Numbered from the stretch's first letter, positions 1 to 10,361 are shown. The stretch: DNA of 64,000 nt from Candidatus Jorgensenbacteria bacterium (GCA_043807585.1 JAZDFV010000013.1:2039-66038), one strand, 5' to 3'. The notes: generated from the letters alone by a model not told the origin. Program-made: numbers and translations.

Positions 1-24
1 TGTCAAAATCGTTCATAATTATTT

Positions 25-1059
25 ATGAGAATTTATAGAGATATTTTTGAGCAGATCATATCGCCCGAAAATCTTTTCTCGGCGTGGGACGAGTTCAGAA
101 AAGGGAAGCAAAACAAACCTGACGTACTCCGGTTTGAATGGAATCTTGAGCAGAATATTTTTCAACTCCATCGGGAGCTGGAAAACAAAACGTATCGCCA
201 CGATTCCTACAAGAGTTTCTATATACATGACCCGAAACAGCGGCATATTCACAAGGCCTCGGTGCGGGACCGGGTTCTCCATCACGCTATTTTTTCCGTT
301 ATAAGTCCGATTTTTGAAGAAACGTTCATACCGACCTCGTTTTCGTGCCGCGTCGGATACGGCACCCACAAAGGCGTTGATGCTTTGAGAAAAATGGCGA
401 GGGAAACAAGTAAAAACGGGATGTGTCCCTGTTTCATTTTGAAATGCGACGTCAGGAAGTTCTTTGACTCCGTAAATCACGAAATTCTGCTTTCCATTTT
501 GAAAAAAAGGATCAAAGATGATGATGCAATGTGGCTTTTGGAATCCGTGGTGAGAAGTTATGAGAGCGTGCCGGGGAAGGGAATCCCGATAGGAAATCTG
601 ACTTCGCAGATTTTCGCCAATATCTACATGAACGAATTTGACCGATTTATGAAACATAGGTTGAGGGTGGGTCATTACATTCGTTACACCGACGATTTCT
701 CCTTGGTTTCCCAAAATTGCGAAGCATTAAAAAAACTTCTGCCGCTCATTTCTGCATTCCTTGAAAATGAACTTACGCTCTTGCTACATCCTAATAAAAT
801 CATAGTTCGTAAATTATGTCAAGGTGTAGATTTTCTCGGCTACGTTATTTTTCTGAAGTACCTGCGGTTGCGGACAAAAACAAAGCGGAGGATGTTTGCA
901 AAGATGCAGAGGCGAATTTCGGAATACCAGTCCGGCCATATCGGCAGGCCTGTTTTGGAGCAATCCCTGCAATCGTATTTAGGCGTTTTGTCTCACGCGA
1001 ACGCATACGCGCTTGGCGAGGATTTGAAGAATCAACTCATATTCCGTGGTAGAATATGA
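25..1059 (+). CDS. Reverse transcriptase, DGR-like class
   Basis: Motifs PKQRHIHKASVRDRVLHHA, LKCDVRKFFDSV, GIPIGNLTSQIFANIYM (SQ type), YIRYTDDF, DFLGY and SYLGVLSHAN. 344 aa with no maturase or endonuclease tail. Confidence 0.9.
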   Translation: MRIYRDIFEQIISPENLFSAWDEFRKGKQNKPDVLRFEWNLEQNIFQLHRELENKTYRHDSYKSFYIHDPKQRHIHKASVRDRVLHHAIFSVISPIFEETFIPTSFSCRVGYGTHKGVDALRKMARETSKNGMCPCFILKCDVRKFFDSVNHEILLSILKKRIKDDDAMWLLESVVRSYESVPGKGIPIGNLTSQIFANIYMNEFDRFMKHRLRVGHYIRYTDDFSLVSQNCEALKKLLPLISAFLENELTLLLHPNKIIVRKLCQGVDFLGYVIFLKYLRLRTKTKRRMFAKMQRRISEYQSGHIGRPVLEQSLQSYLGVLSHANAYALGEDLKNQLIFRGRI

Positions 1060-1772
1060 GACGAACGATAGACATGAGATCCCTCAGGGCAATCCTCGGC
1101 ATCGGCGCGGGCGTGCTCGTCATTGTTTTCCTCGTGGTGTTTCGTATCGAAATCACGAGTGCGCTCGGCCGTTTCCGCGCCGCACTCTCCGCGGCGGCGG
1201 ATCCGGCGTTTTCCTATCAAGCATTCCAAGGCCTGGAGCGGGAAAATGAAGAACTCAAAGCGCGTCTTGTAGAGCGTGCCCTGCCCGGGGACAACCCTCA
1301 CTCTCTTACCTCCCTCACAGCGCGGGTGTATTCGCGCTACCCGGTGGGAAGCGGGGGGCGTCTCACGGTGAATGCGGGGAGCGAGGATGGCATCCGTGAG
1401 GGAATGCCGGTGTTGCTTTCCCCCGGAACGCTCCTCGGGAAAGTGGTGGGGGTGCGCCGCACCCAGAGCGAGGTGCTGACCATCTGGAGCCCTGATTGGA
1501 AGAGCGCGGTTTCAGTCGCCTCGGGAGGGCCCAAGGCGCTCCTCCAAGGCGGGAGTGAGCCGCGCCTCGAGCTTGTGTCAAAGGATGCCCATCTCACGGA
1601 CGGCGCGGGCGCGGTGAACATCTCTCCCGAATTTCCCTTAGATCTCCTCGTAGGTACCGTGGGAGCGCCGCTCGCCGATTCCCCAAACAATCCCTGGTCT
1701 TCCTATCGGCTCGTCCCGCCCGTGGGAGAGGCCGAACTTGACTCGGTGCTCGTGGTCTTAAATTTCCCTTAA
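1056..1772 (+). CDS. mreC: Rod shape-determining protein MreC
   Basis: N-terminal TM helix, coiled coil LERENEELKARL, motifs NAGSEDGIREGMPV and LLGKVV. Lies upstream of mreD-like and PBP2 genes. Start may be 1074. Confidence 0.85.
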   Translation: MRRTIDMRSLRAILGIGAGVLVIVFLVVFRIEITSALGRFRAALSAAADPAFSYQAFQGLERENEELKARLVERALPGDNPHSLTSLTARVYSRYPVGSGGRLTVNAGSEDGIREGMPVLLSPGTLLGKVVGVRRTQSEVLTIWSPDWKSAVSVASGGPKALLQGGSEPRLELVSKDAHLTDGAGAVNISPEFPLDLLVGTVGAPLADSPNNPWSSYRLVPPVGEAELDSVLVVLNFP

Positions 1773-1776
1773 CGAG

Positions 1777-2241
1777 ATGCGATATGCCTCCGGCATGGTG
1801 TGGATTGTGGGGACGCTTGCCTTTCTTATGCTCCTGCAGTTCGGGCGCCTGTTCGCACTGTGGGGTATAGCACCCGATCTCCCGCTCGTGTTTTTCTTCG
1901 CGCTCGGGGTTTCCCGGGCGCCGTTTCCCGTCTTCGGCGCGGCGCTCGTAGGTTTTATCGCACTCTCGTTCCTCTGGGCGCCTTTTTGGATCGTGCAGGC
2001 GGCGGCGGTGGGGGTGGTGGCCGTTCTGGGGTACGTCGCCGTCCGCCATCTTACGGGCAACCGCTGGGTTGATATGGCGCTCCTCGCGGGTGCGGGTACG
2101 CTGGTGTACGCGCTCGGAGGATACGTTCTGGGGTTTGCACCGCTCTCGTGGGGCGTCCTCGGCGAAGCGGTATATAATACTCTGGCTGGATTTCTCGCGC
2201 TCGCACTTTTGCCGCGGCGCGGGATATTCTCTTCGGCATGA
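1777..2241 (+). CDS. mreD: MreD-like membrane protein
   Basis: Multi-TM 154 aa protein with a PDL motif, between mreC and mrdA. Confidence 0.65.
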   Translation: MRYASGMVWIVGTLAFLMLLQFGRLFALWGIAPDLPLVFFFALGVSRAPFPVFGAALVGFIALSFLWAPFWIVQAAAVGVVAVLGYVAVRHLTGNRWVDMALLAGAGTLVYALGGYVLGFAPLSWGVLGEAVYNTLAGFLALALLPRRGIFSSA

Positions 2242-4148
2242 CAAAGCACGAACCGCCGCTGGGATTTGAGGAAATGCTCTCCGACGGGGCGCGGGAGGAG
2301 GATCTCATGGAAGTGCCGCTCGCCCCGCTCGCTTTCCGCGCGTTTTTCGGGCTCGTGCTTGCGTTCCTGTCTCTCACGCTCGTGCAGCTGGGATACCTTG
2401 GCATCGCTCGTCACGGTTTTTACTCTGCGCGCGCACACACGAACATGTCCGATGAAAAGGTGGTGCTCGCGCCCCGCGGCATCATCTATGACCGTCAGGG
2501 AGAATCGCTGGTCAAGAATCTCCCCTCGGTGAACGCATTCCTCACCCCGCGGTTCCTTCCGGGGGCGCCGGAGGAGCGCCTGCGGACGTTTGAAACCATC
2601 GCCGCCGCGCTCGGCATTGACCGCACTGCGCTCGCGGAGCAGCTTGCGGCGCGGGACTGGGGCGTGAGCGAACGCGTCCCACTAAAGGAGGACCTCTCCC
2701 ACGACGAGGTGGTAGAACTCTCTTCCCGTTCCATTCCCGGGCTCACGCTGGAGCCGGCTTTCAAGCGGGTGCACCGGACTCCCTATGCGTTTGCGCACCT
2801 GATCGGCTACACCGGCCTTGCGGACGAGAGGGATCTGAAAGATCGGGCGCAGCTCACGGTGGAGGATCAGGTGGGGCGGGCGGGGCTCGAGGCGTTCTAT
2901 GACGGCGACCTTCGCGGAACGGACGGGCGCGAGATAACGTACCGCGATGCGCTGGGAAACATTGAAGAAGGCCAGAAGCTTTCAGCACCGCGCCCCGGGT
3001 CGGATCTTCACACCTCAATTGATGGTGACCTCCAAGAGTTTTTCTACCAGCGCCTCGCCGAGGCCCTCCGCGACTTGGGGCGCACCGTGGGAGTGGGGAT
3101 CGCCATGGATCCGCGGAACGGGGAAATTCTTGCGTTAGTTGGTCTCCCTGCGTTTGATTCCACCCGCGTGGCGGAGGCATTGAACGCTCCCGGTGAACCG
3201 CTCTTCAACCGCGCCGTTGCCGGGCTGTACAATCCCGGTTCCACCATCAAACCGCTCGTGGCAACCGCGGCGCTCACGGAGGGGGTGATCGATCCCGAGA
3301 AACAGATCTTTTCAAAAGGATACATTGAGATTCCAAATCCATACCACCCGGAATTGCCCAGCCGTTTTGTGGACTGGAAGCCGAACGGGTGGGTGAACGT
3401 CGTGGACGCGCTCGCGAAATCCAGTAACATCTATTTCTACGAAGTGGGAGGGGGATTTGAGGGTCAGCAAGGTTTGGGAATCGAACGTCTTAAGCGGTGG
3501 TGGGAAAAGTTCAAGCTTGGGAGCGTGACTGGCATTGACCTTGTTGGGGAGGCGAAAGGATTCCTTCCGGACCCCGCCTGGAAGGAGCGGGAGACGGGGG
3601 AGCCGTGGCGCATCGGTGACACCTACAACGTGTCGATCGGCCAGGGAGACCTCCTCGTTACCCCCTTGGAACTCCTGAACTACGTTAGTGCCATTGCGAA
3701 CGGCGGGGTTCTTTACCAGCCGCGGGTAGTGCGCGCCATCGTTGACGAGCGCGGCACAGTGGTTGACGAGCGCGGCACAGTGGTTGAACACGGTGCGGTG
3801 ACGGAAGAGAGAGCCACCTCCACAATACTTGCCGATCTGCGTGGAGAGATCGGGAACTCGGTTCGCTACGTTCAGGAAGGGATGCGCGAGGTGGTGCGTG
3901 CTTCCTACGGCACCGCGCACTCCTTAGCCACGCTCCCGTTCCCGGTGGCGGCGAAGACCGGCACCGCCCAGATCGAGGAGAACACCAAAATGAACGCCTT
4001 CTTCGTGGGGTATGCCCCCGCTGACCGCCCGCGCCTCGCGCTCCTCATCCTCGTAGAAAATGCGGTGCAGGGAAGTTTGAACACGGTGCCGGTGGCACGG
4101 GACGTTTTGCTGTGGTACTATGAGAATCGGTTAAAGAATAAAATATGA
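2238..4148 (+). CDS. mrdA: Penicillin-binding protein 2
   Basis: APRGIIYDR, PGSTIK (SxxK), SSN (SxN) and KTGTAQ motifs; mreCD context. Confidence 0.92.
   Translation: MTKHEPPLGFEEMLSDGAREEDLMEVPLAPLAFRAFFGLVLAFLSLTLVQLGYLGIARHGFYSARAHTNMSDEKVVLAPRGIIYDRQGESLVKNLPSVNAFLTPRFLPGAPEERLRTFETIAAALGIDRTALAEQLAARDWGVSERVPLKEDLSHDEVVELSSRSIPGLTLEPAFKRVHRTPYAFAHLIGYTGLADERDLKDRAQLTVEDQVGRAGLEAFYDGDLRGTDGREITYRDALGNIEEGQKLSAPRPGSDLHTSIDGDLQEFFYQRLAEALRDLGRTVGVGIAMDPRNGEILALVGLPAFDSTRVAEALNAPGEPLFNRAVAGLYNPGSTIKPLVATAALTEGVIDPEKQIFSKGYIEIPNPYHPELPSRFVDWKPNGWVNVVDALAKSSNIYFYEVGGGFEGQQGLGIERLKRWWEKFKLGSVTGIDLVGEAKGFLPDPAWKERETGEPWRIGDTYNVSIGQGDLLVTPLELLNYVSAIANGGVLYQPRVVRAIVDERGTVVDERGTVVEHGAVTEERATSTILADLRGEIGNSVRYVQEGMREVVRASYGTAHSLATLPFPVAAKTGTAQIEENTKMNAFFVGYAPADRPRLALLILVENAVQGSLNTVPVARDVLLWYYENRLKNKI
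3741..3787 (+). repeat. In-frame 21-bp tandem duplication in mrdA (VDERGTV x2)
   Basis: gttgacgagcgcggcacagtg occurs twice, followed by gttga. Confidence 0.9.
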
Positions 4149-4259
4149 CCAGTCGCCTATGAAAGGACTTGAGTTTTGGTTTTGCTTTCTTAATAGTCGG
4201 CGCCCTGCTCTTTATTATTGGGCGGGTTCCACTTGCGGAGGCGGCAGTTCAGCAGTTAG
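4078..4259 (+). repeat. Direct repeat copy 1: mrdA 3' end plus leader and signal peptide of a secreted protein
   Basis: Near-identical to 7531-7711, with a few substitutions and one 1-nt indel. Confidence 0.95.
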
Positions 4260-6475
4260 TTTTCGATACGCTTGATAGTATGGAGGCAGTTCATCCCGCG
4301 CAGGGTATAGGCACTGGTTTGTCCGGTAGTTTTGGTTCTCTCACCATAAAATTTTTGGGTACTCGAACCTATTGTTCGTATGCGCCGGTGATTTTGGGAT
4401 ATCCTTCCGAAGCTTCTTGGCTTGCCGGTTACAATAATTATGTGAGTTATCGCAAGGCCAATCTCGTGCTTCCTTGTGGCAGTAGTGTTGGTGAAGCTAC
4501 GCATACTATTTCTGCCGGTGATTTTCCGGGCGGCCCGGTGGTTTTCAATCCATCGCTTTATTACGTGGTACATCTAGAAGGAGGCACCAGCGGTACTATT
4601 TTTGGAAAGGTACGAGGGTCGGGGATTGATGTTCTTGCTGGCGGCCAGTTTTGTAGATATATGTCTTGGCAAGACCCCGCGCCTTCCGGCTGTTCGCTGA
4701 CTGTGAAGGATATGTATTTCGATCTTCAAGGGGTTTCCCCGGCGCCTCCGGCTGGCGGCATTTCGATAAGTAATTTAGGGCAATTCAAATCTGATGCGAC
4801 GAGCACGATTCCGGAGGGCAGTGCAACGACTGAGGATACGATTGTGTTTGGCGCAACGCTTCAGTCGTCATCTACAGATCAATTGCAGCTGCAGGTGGAA
4901 GTACAACCGTCGAGTATGCCTTTCACGAACCAGCCTACTTCGACGAGTACACTAGTAAACTCCGGGGAGTTTGCCACCACAGCGGCAAATCTTTCTGACG
5001 GCGAATACCATTGGCAGGCAAGAGCAGCGGATAGCCAAAACAACGTTTCAGAGTGGCAGGAGTTTGGAACGCCAAGCAATACTGATTTCGTAATTCACCA
5101 AGTGCCGTTGTATACGCAGGTGATATCTGATTTTCCATCGCAGGCAGATACCAAAAATTGGGCCCGTGAAACTTACGCCGAAGGCAGAGGAAATATTGGG
5201 CCCGAAGATCAACGTTGCGGTCTTACTATAAGAGATTGCGGTTGCGCTATCACATCCGCGGTTATGGTTTTGCGTTATTATGACATTACAACGGGTACAG
5301 ATAATCAAGACGTAAACCCGCTTACTTTCAATAACTGGCTTAATGCTAATAATGGTTACGTCGGCAATGGCAATCTTGATTGGGTGAAGGTCGTGGAGTA
5401 CTCCAGAGATTCTCTTTCCGGCATTGCCCGTTTGCATTACGACGGAAGGCGTGACATCGGAGACAATTTCGGAACAACGTTTAACGATCTTGTTAACCTG
5501 ACGGATTCTTATGTAAATTCAGCGAGACCGGTTATTGCTTGGATTCCAAGCTTTGGCCATTTCCTTGTTGCCAACGAAAAACTCGCAAATAATTACGCAG
5601 TTAGAGACCCCGCTTGGTACAACACGAGAACCCTCGATTCGGAGACAACAAGCGCATTGCAGAGAATCCGTGATTACAACAATCAGTTTGAAGGAGTGCG
5701 TCTATACAGTCATTTCAGTGGCCCCGTGGACGGCATCTCTTTGAATCTTGCCTCGCCCGCGGAACTTCTCGTAATAGACCCGCAGGGGAGGCGATTAGGT
5801 AGAGACCCAATTTCCAATATTGTCTATAGCGAAATTCTAAACAGCTCTTACGGCAGAGATGGCATCAGTAATGCCGACACCGAAGTTCCCGACTCGCCGC
5901 ACATAGTCAAAAACATCTGGGTTCCAGAACCGATAACCGGCTCTTACGAAGTTAAAGTTATAGGCACCGCGAGTGGCACGTATTCATTGAACAGCTTGAT
6001 TTACGACGCAAGTAGCACGCCCCATTTAGCGACATTTAGTGGCATTACAGCCCCAAATAGCGAAACTGATTATACTTTAAATTATTCCACCAGTACGCCT
6101 CAAGAGATTTCAGTAAAAGAAGTTTATAAATTTCTTGGTTTTCTTCCTCCGGTTAAATCCGACGGAAGCGGAGTTTGCAGACTTGGCCGGACTTTGCCGG
6201 TAAAGTTCCAGCTGAAAAACGCCCTCGGCCAATTTGTAACGAATACAACGGCAACGCTTACGGTAGCAAAAATACAGGATGGCATTGTCGGAACTGAAGA
6301 AGTAGCATTTTCAAGCGGGAATTCCAATGCAGGAAATACTTTCAGATACGATTTCCAAAACGATCAATATATCTTTAATCTGAACACAGGCACAATGACC
6401 GCGGGTACTTGGCAACTCAAGCTAAAACTGGATGACGGTAAGAGTTATACGGTTTTGATCTCATTGAGAAATTAG
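4169..6475 (+). CDS. Secreted modular protein with a papain-like (peptidase C39-like) domain and a C-terminal PxKF-type domain
   Basis: Signal peptide ending AEA; GCAITSAVMVLRYY, GHFLV and RDP catalytic-like motifs; FLPPV...TLPVKFQL near the C-terminus. Start codon uncertain. Confidence 0.7.
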   Translation: MSFGFAFLIVGALLFIIGRVPLAEAAVQQLVFDTLDSMEAVHPAQGIGTGLSGSFGSLTIKFLGTRTYCSYAPVILGYPSEASWLAGYNNYVSYRKANLVLPCGSSVGEATHTISAGDFPGGPVVFNPSLYYVVHLEGGTSGTIFGKVRGSGIDVLAGGQFCRYMSWQDPAPSGCSLTVKDMYFDLQGVSPAPPAGGISISNLGQFKSDATSTIPEGSATTEDTIVFGATLQSSSTDQLQLQVEVQPSSMPFTNQPTSTSTLVNSGEFATTAANLSDGEYHWQARAADSQNNVSEWQEFGTPSNTDFVIHQVPLYTQVISDFPSQADTKNWARETYAEGRGNIGPEDQRCGLTIRDCGCAITSAVMVLRYYDITTGTDNQDVNPLTFNNWLNANNGYVGNGNLDWVKVVEYSRDSLSGIARLHYDGRRDIGDNFGTTFNDLVNLTDSYVNSARPVIAWIPSFGHFLVANEKLANNYAVRDPAWYNTRTLDSETTSALQRIRDYNNQFEGVRLYSHFSGPVDGISLNLASPAELLVIDPQGRRLGRDPISNIVYSEILNSSYGRDGISNADTEVPDSPHIVKNIWVPEPITGSYEVKVIGTASGTYSLNSLIYDASSTPHLATFSGITAPNSETDYTLNYSTSTPQEISVKEVYKFLGFLPPVKSDGSGVCRLGRTLPVKFQLKNALGQFVTNTTATLTVAKIQDGIVGTEEVAFSSGNSNAGNTFRYDFQNDQYIFNLNTGTMTAGTWQLKLKLDDGKSYTVLISLRN

Positions 6476-6477
6476 AA

Positions 6478-7521
6478 ATGATGCCCCTTTTCCAAAAGAA
6501 GTTTTTTTTTCTTCTTATATTACTTATTGTTGCAAGCGGTTTATTCCTTTTCTACATCTACTATTCAAAACCGCAACCTCCCGCCGTCACTTCTCAACCT
6601 CCTGTAAATGCAACCACCAGCCAGCAAGTCGCAGAAATGAGGGTTGGTCCATGTCTTGCTGATGATGAATATGCTGAGTATAGAGCCGAGAAAAGAGAAG
6701 GCGTTCCTAGTGTTGCTGCGATATTAGTAAAAGAGAAAGATTCTAATAATGAAGTTTTTGAATTTGGTATTGAGAATGTGAAAGTGGGCCACTATCATGC
6801 TTACGAAATTCATAAGTGTAATGTTTATATTGTGAGGGAATTTAATTATGATTATCGAAAAGGGAAAGCCTTACCAAATTACAAAATAGAAATATGGCAA
6901 TATCAGTATGACGGTAAGGGAAAGGAATTAGTAGAAATCGATGATTTTCGGGTTGACTCTGTAGAACGTTATATTGCTTTCCTTAAGGGCTATCTCGGCT
7001 CTTCTGATTACGCGATTGTGATTAAAGACCTCAAAACCCTAAATGACGTTTTTACCTTGCCAATGTCAGAGATTGAAAAACGAAATCTGGAAATCGTGGG
7101 CGATATGCAGTTTGAGAATTGGTCTAGCGATGGACGTTATCTTTGGGCTAATACTGCTTATGGCGCCAACACGCTTGGTTTCATTCGCATTGATACCAAA
7201 GATCGGAGCGTAAAACTTTTGCCTGCGCCAAAGGATGTTTTGGGCGGCGACGCCCTCAATCTTGAGAAGGGGTTAATCACCGTTCATCCGGGGAATGTTT
7301 GGTTCGGCGTCTCGGAGCTTGATGAACAGGAAAAAGCGAAGCGCCGCGCTCAAGGAATCGGCACCGAGCTTTATATATACAATCTCTTTACCGGAAAGCA
7401 GCTCTTCGTAGCAAGCACCACCGAACCTCTTTATTATTTCAAACCCAAGTGGCCCTCTGACACCGAACTGGAGTATTATTTTCCTTCGGGAGAGCGGGAG
7501 GTTTATAGGGTCGTAGAGTGA
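6478..7521 (+). CDS. Membrane-anchored exported protein (partner family A)
   Basis: N-terminal TM helix. Clear paralog of 11650-12735 (shared PAPKDVLGGDALNLEKGLITVHPGNVWFG). Confidence 0.75.
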   Translation: MMPLFQKKFFFLLILLIVASGLFLFYIYYSKPQPPAVTSQPPVNATTSQQVAEMRVGPCLADDEYAEYRAEKREGVPSVAAILVKEKDSNNEVFEFGIENVKVGHYHAYEIHKCNVYIVREFNYDYRKGKALPNYKIEIWQYQYDGKGKELVEIDDFRVDSVERYIAFLKGYLGSSDYAIVIKDLKTLNDVFTLPMSEIEKRNLEIVGDMQFENWSSDGRYLWANTAYGANTLGFIRIDTKDRSVKLLPAPKDVLGGDALNLEKGLITVHPGNVWFGVSELDEQEKAKRRAQGIGTELYIYNLFTGKQLFVASTTEPLYYFKPKWPSDTELEYYFPSGEREVYRVVE

Positions 7522-7530
7522 ACCAGAGCC

Positions 7531-7711
7531 TGAACACGGTGCCGGTGGCGCGGGACGTGTTTCTGTGGTACTATGAGAATCGGTTAAAGAATAAAATGTG
7601 ACCAGTCGCCTATGAAAGGACTTGAGTTTTGGTTTTGCTTTCTTATAGTCGGCGCCCTGCTCTTTATTATTGGGCGGGTTCCACTTGCGGAGGCGGCAGT
7701 TCAGCAGTTAG
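7531..7711 (+). repeat. Direct repeat copy 2 of the mrdA 3' end plus signal-peptide region
   Basis: Matches 4078-4259. Confidence 0.95.
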
Positions 7712-9765
7712 ACGACTCCGTAACTTCTGTAACCTCATATTCTAATCCCGTACAGACCATAGGTGGCATTACTGGTACGCTCTCGTCATTGACTATTCAC
7801 TTCGCCTCACAAGGCAGTTTAATTATGGTGAAAATGATTGTGAGAGAATATGACACAATGCCCGAGGGTGCGCCTAACGGGTATTCACAGCAGTGGTATC
7901 CTATTTCCGATAATTATATGCGGGATGGGACCTCGGCAACGTTCACTGCTTCGGAATACTCAACGCCGGTAGTTTTCAATCCTGATAAATACTATGCTTT
8001 TATGTTTTATCAAATGGATAGATACCTTCAAGGTTCCGGTTCAGATGTTCTCCAAGGCAAGTTTTATTCAACTGGTACGACGGGTAATACTACGGAAGAT
8101 CCGAATGTGAAGGATATGTATTTCGATCTTCAAGGGGTTTCCCCGGCGCCTCCGGTCGGCGGCATTTCGATAAGTAACTTAGGGCAATTCAAATCTGACG
8201 CGACGAGCACGATTCCGGAAGGCGGCGCGACGACCGAAGGTATGATTGTGTTCGGCGCAACGCTTCAATCATCATCTACAGATCCACTGCAGTTGCAGGT
8301 AGAAGTACAACCGTCGAGTACACCTTTCACGAACCAGCCCACGGCGACAAGCACATTTATTGACCCGGGGGGTTTTGCTACTACGACAGTTACGAATCTG
8401 CCTAACGGCCAGTATCACTGGCAGGCAAGGGCGGTAGACAGCCAAAACAACGTTTCGGAGTGGCAGGAGTTTGGAACGCCAGGAAATATAGATTTTGAAG
8501 TAAGCATGCCTTTATCTACCAAGGCAGTGAATCTTGCAAAACTCGTTATTAACGGGCCATATTTAGGAGACGGCGACACTTTCGGTGGCAAGGGGTGGGA
8601 TCCTGTGCGGGCTGAATATGTAACTTCAAGCCTGATTCTAAGTGGATATCAGTATTGGAATAACAAATTGAGGATCATTGCTTTTGGGGCGGGTCTTGAC
8701 TGTTCTGGATTAGTGCAATGGGCATTTAACCGTTCCTTTGATCCCAAAAAGAGTCTGCTGAAGAATGTGGTTCGTTACGATGGGGCGGATGGGCAGTATA
8801 AAAATAATTCTGAAAACATAGCCGAGGCGGATCTGCGGCCAGCCGATTTATTGTTTCTCGATAAAGATGGTAATGGTGGAAAGGACCATGTTGCGATGTA
8901 TGTGGGAGATAATGGAACATTCGATGTTGTAGAAGCACATTCGCCAGCACGAGGTATCATTACCTCTAACAAAGCTGAGTTTAAGACAAGGGCTGGATTC
9001 ATTGGAAACCAAGGTTTTCGACGAGTAATTGCCAGTCCATCAATAGGAGGTCAAGTTAAAGTTAGCTCTCCAATTGATTTAATTGTGACCGACCCTGATG
9101 GATTTACTATTACACCAACGACGGTGATTCAAACCGACGAGGAGTATCTCCGAGAAGTACCGGGTGAACTTTACTACACGGAAAATGTGCTGGGGATTGA
9201 TGGTCGTCCGGAGGACATAGTTTACTGGCCCGCGCAGAAGATTGGTAATTATAGCATTAAAGTTCTCCCCGAAGCTGACGCTATGCCGACAGAAACTTAC
9301 TCAATGGAATTTACTGTTGGCGAGCAGACGATTGTTTTGGCAGACGATGTTCATTTAGATCAGATACCGTTGGAAGGTTATGGAGTTAACATCGCGAGTA
9401 GTGGTGCAATCAGCACTTTTGTGCCAGTAGCTATTGATATCAAGCCGAACAGTTTTCCTAATAGTATCAATTTAGGTTCCAAAGGCACTACCCCAGTGGC
9501 CATTCTCGGCTCTGCGACACTTGATGTTAAACAAATTGACCCGAACACAATTAAACTCGCAAATGCCCCAATCAAATTAAAGAACAACGGAAAGTTGATG
9601 ACAAGTTATGAGGACGTAAACGGAGATGGCTTTACCGACATGGTCGTTCATATTATTACCGCTGTGCTTCAATTAGCTCCCTCGGATGTGAAAGCGGAGC
9701 TGAGCGGTTTCCTCTTGGATAGAAGAGAAATAAAAGGGTCGGATTCGGTCAAAATTGTGCCATAA
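7612..9765 (+). CDS. Secreted modular NlpC/P60-family hydrolase
   Basis: GLDCSGLVQWAF and DHVAMYVG motifs. Shares its signal peptide and the linker VKDMYFDLQGVSPAPP...EFGTP with 4169-6475. Confidence 0.8.
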   Translation: MKGLEFWFCFLIVGALLFIIGRVPLAEAAVQQLDDSVTSVTSYSNPVQTIGGITGTLSSLTIHFASQGSLIMVKMIVREYDTMPEGAPNGYSQQWYPISDNYMRDGTSATFTASEYSTPVVFNPDKYYAFMFYQMDRYLQGSGSDVLQGKFYSTGTTGNTTEDPNVKDMYFDLQGVSPAPPVGGISISNLGQFKSDATSTIPEGGATTEGMIVFGATLQSSSTDPLQLQVEVQPSSTPFTNQPTATSTFIDPGGFATTTVTNLPNGQYHWQARAVDSQNNVSEWQEFGTPGNIDFEVSMPLSTKAVNLAKLVINGPYLGDGDTFGGKGWDPVRAEYVTSSLILSGYQYWNNKLRIIAFGAGLDCSGLVQWAFNRSFDPKKSLLKNVVRYDGADGQYKNNSENIAEADLRPADLLFLDKDGNGGKDHVAMYVGDNGTFDVVEAHSPARGIITSNKAEFKTRAGFIGNQGFRRVIASPSIGGQVKVSSPIDLIVTDPDGFTITPTTVIQTDEEYLREVPGELYYTENVLGIDGRPEDIVYWPAQKIGNYSIKVLPEADAMPTETYSMEFTVGEQTIVLADDVHLDQIPLEGYGVNIASSGAISTFVPVAIDIKPNSFPNSINLGSKGTTPVAILGSATLDVKQIDPNTIKLANAPIKLKNNGKLMTSYEDVNGDGFTDMVVHIITAVLQLAPSDVKAELSGFLLDRREIKGSDSVKIVP

Positions 9766-9773
9766 AATCGTTT

Positions 9774-10361
9774 ATGCCCGTCCTTAGTTCAATCCATAAA
9801 AAACTACTCTTCCTGTTTGTTGTTATTGCCCTTGGTCTTATTTCAGTGTGGGTATTTATTAAATACCAACCCGCTCAGAAAGAACTACCGCCGGCACTGA
9901 TTTTAACTTCAACTCCCCAATCGTCGGCGGTTTCAGCCCCAATCTCTACCACCTCAACAAGCATCACGCAAGAAACCAAAACCTATCGCAATGAAAAGTT
10001 TGGTTTTGAATTTCAGTATCCGGGAAACTGGATTGTAAAAGAGAATACTTTTGGAAGTTATTACAGTAAATTTAATCTTGTGGTAAATCCCGAATTAGTG
10101 CGGAGTTCTAATTTTACATTTTCAATCAATATTGTATTGCCAGAGTTTCCTGAACGTAGTTTTCGCAACATAGAAAAAACAACTCCTGAAGTGATTGTTG
10201 ATGGAGTTGTGGGTACCAAATATCAGTATGAGTTTGAAGGTCAGCAGGAAACAGCGATTATATTACCACTCGGAGAATATAGGATGATTTTAGGAAGAGA
10301 TAGTGAACAATATTTGAATGAATTTAATCAAATTATTGCTTCATTCAAGTTTTTGAGTTGA
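9774..10361 (+). CDS. Membrane-anchored PsbP-like exported protein (partner family B)
   Basis: TM helix, Ser/Thr linker, TYRNEKFGFEFQYP and FNQIIASFKF. Confidence 0.65.
   Translation: MPVLSSIHKKLLFLFVVIALGLISVWVFIKYQPAQKELPPALILTSTPQSSAVSAPISTTSTSITQETKTYRNEKFGFEFQYPGNWIVKENTFGSYYSKFNLVVNPELVRSSNFTFSINIVLPEFPERSFRNIEKTTPEVIVDGVVGTKYQYEFEGQQETAIILPLGEYRMILGRDSEQYLNEFNQIIASFKFLS

Noticed and set aside
19-714. 231-aa ORF antisense to the RT
   Set aside because: It is a shadow of the RT frame with no independent motifs.
4145-4170. TGA read-through (genetic code 25) giving the first secreted gene an ATG at 4145
   Set aside because: TGA terminates conserved genes here (mrdA, dnaK, gatB, smc), so code 11 applies.
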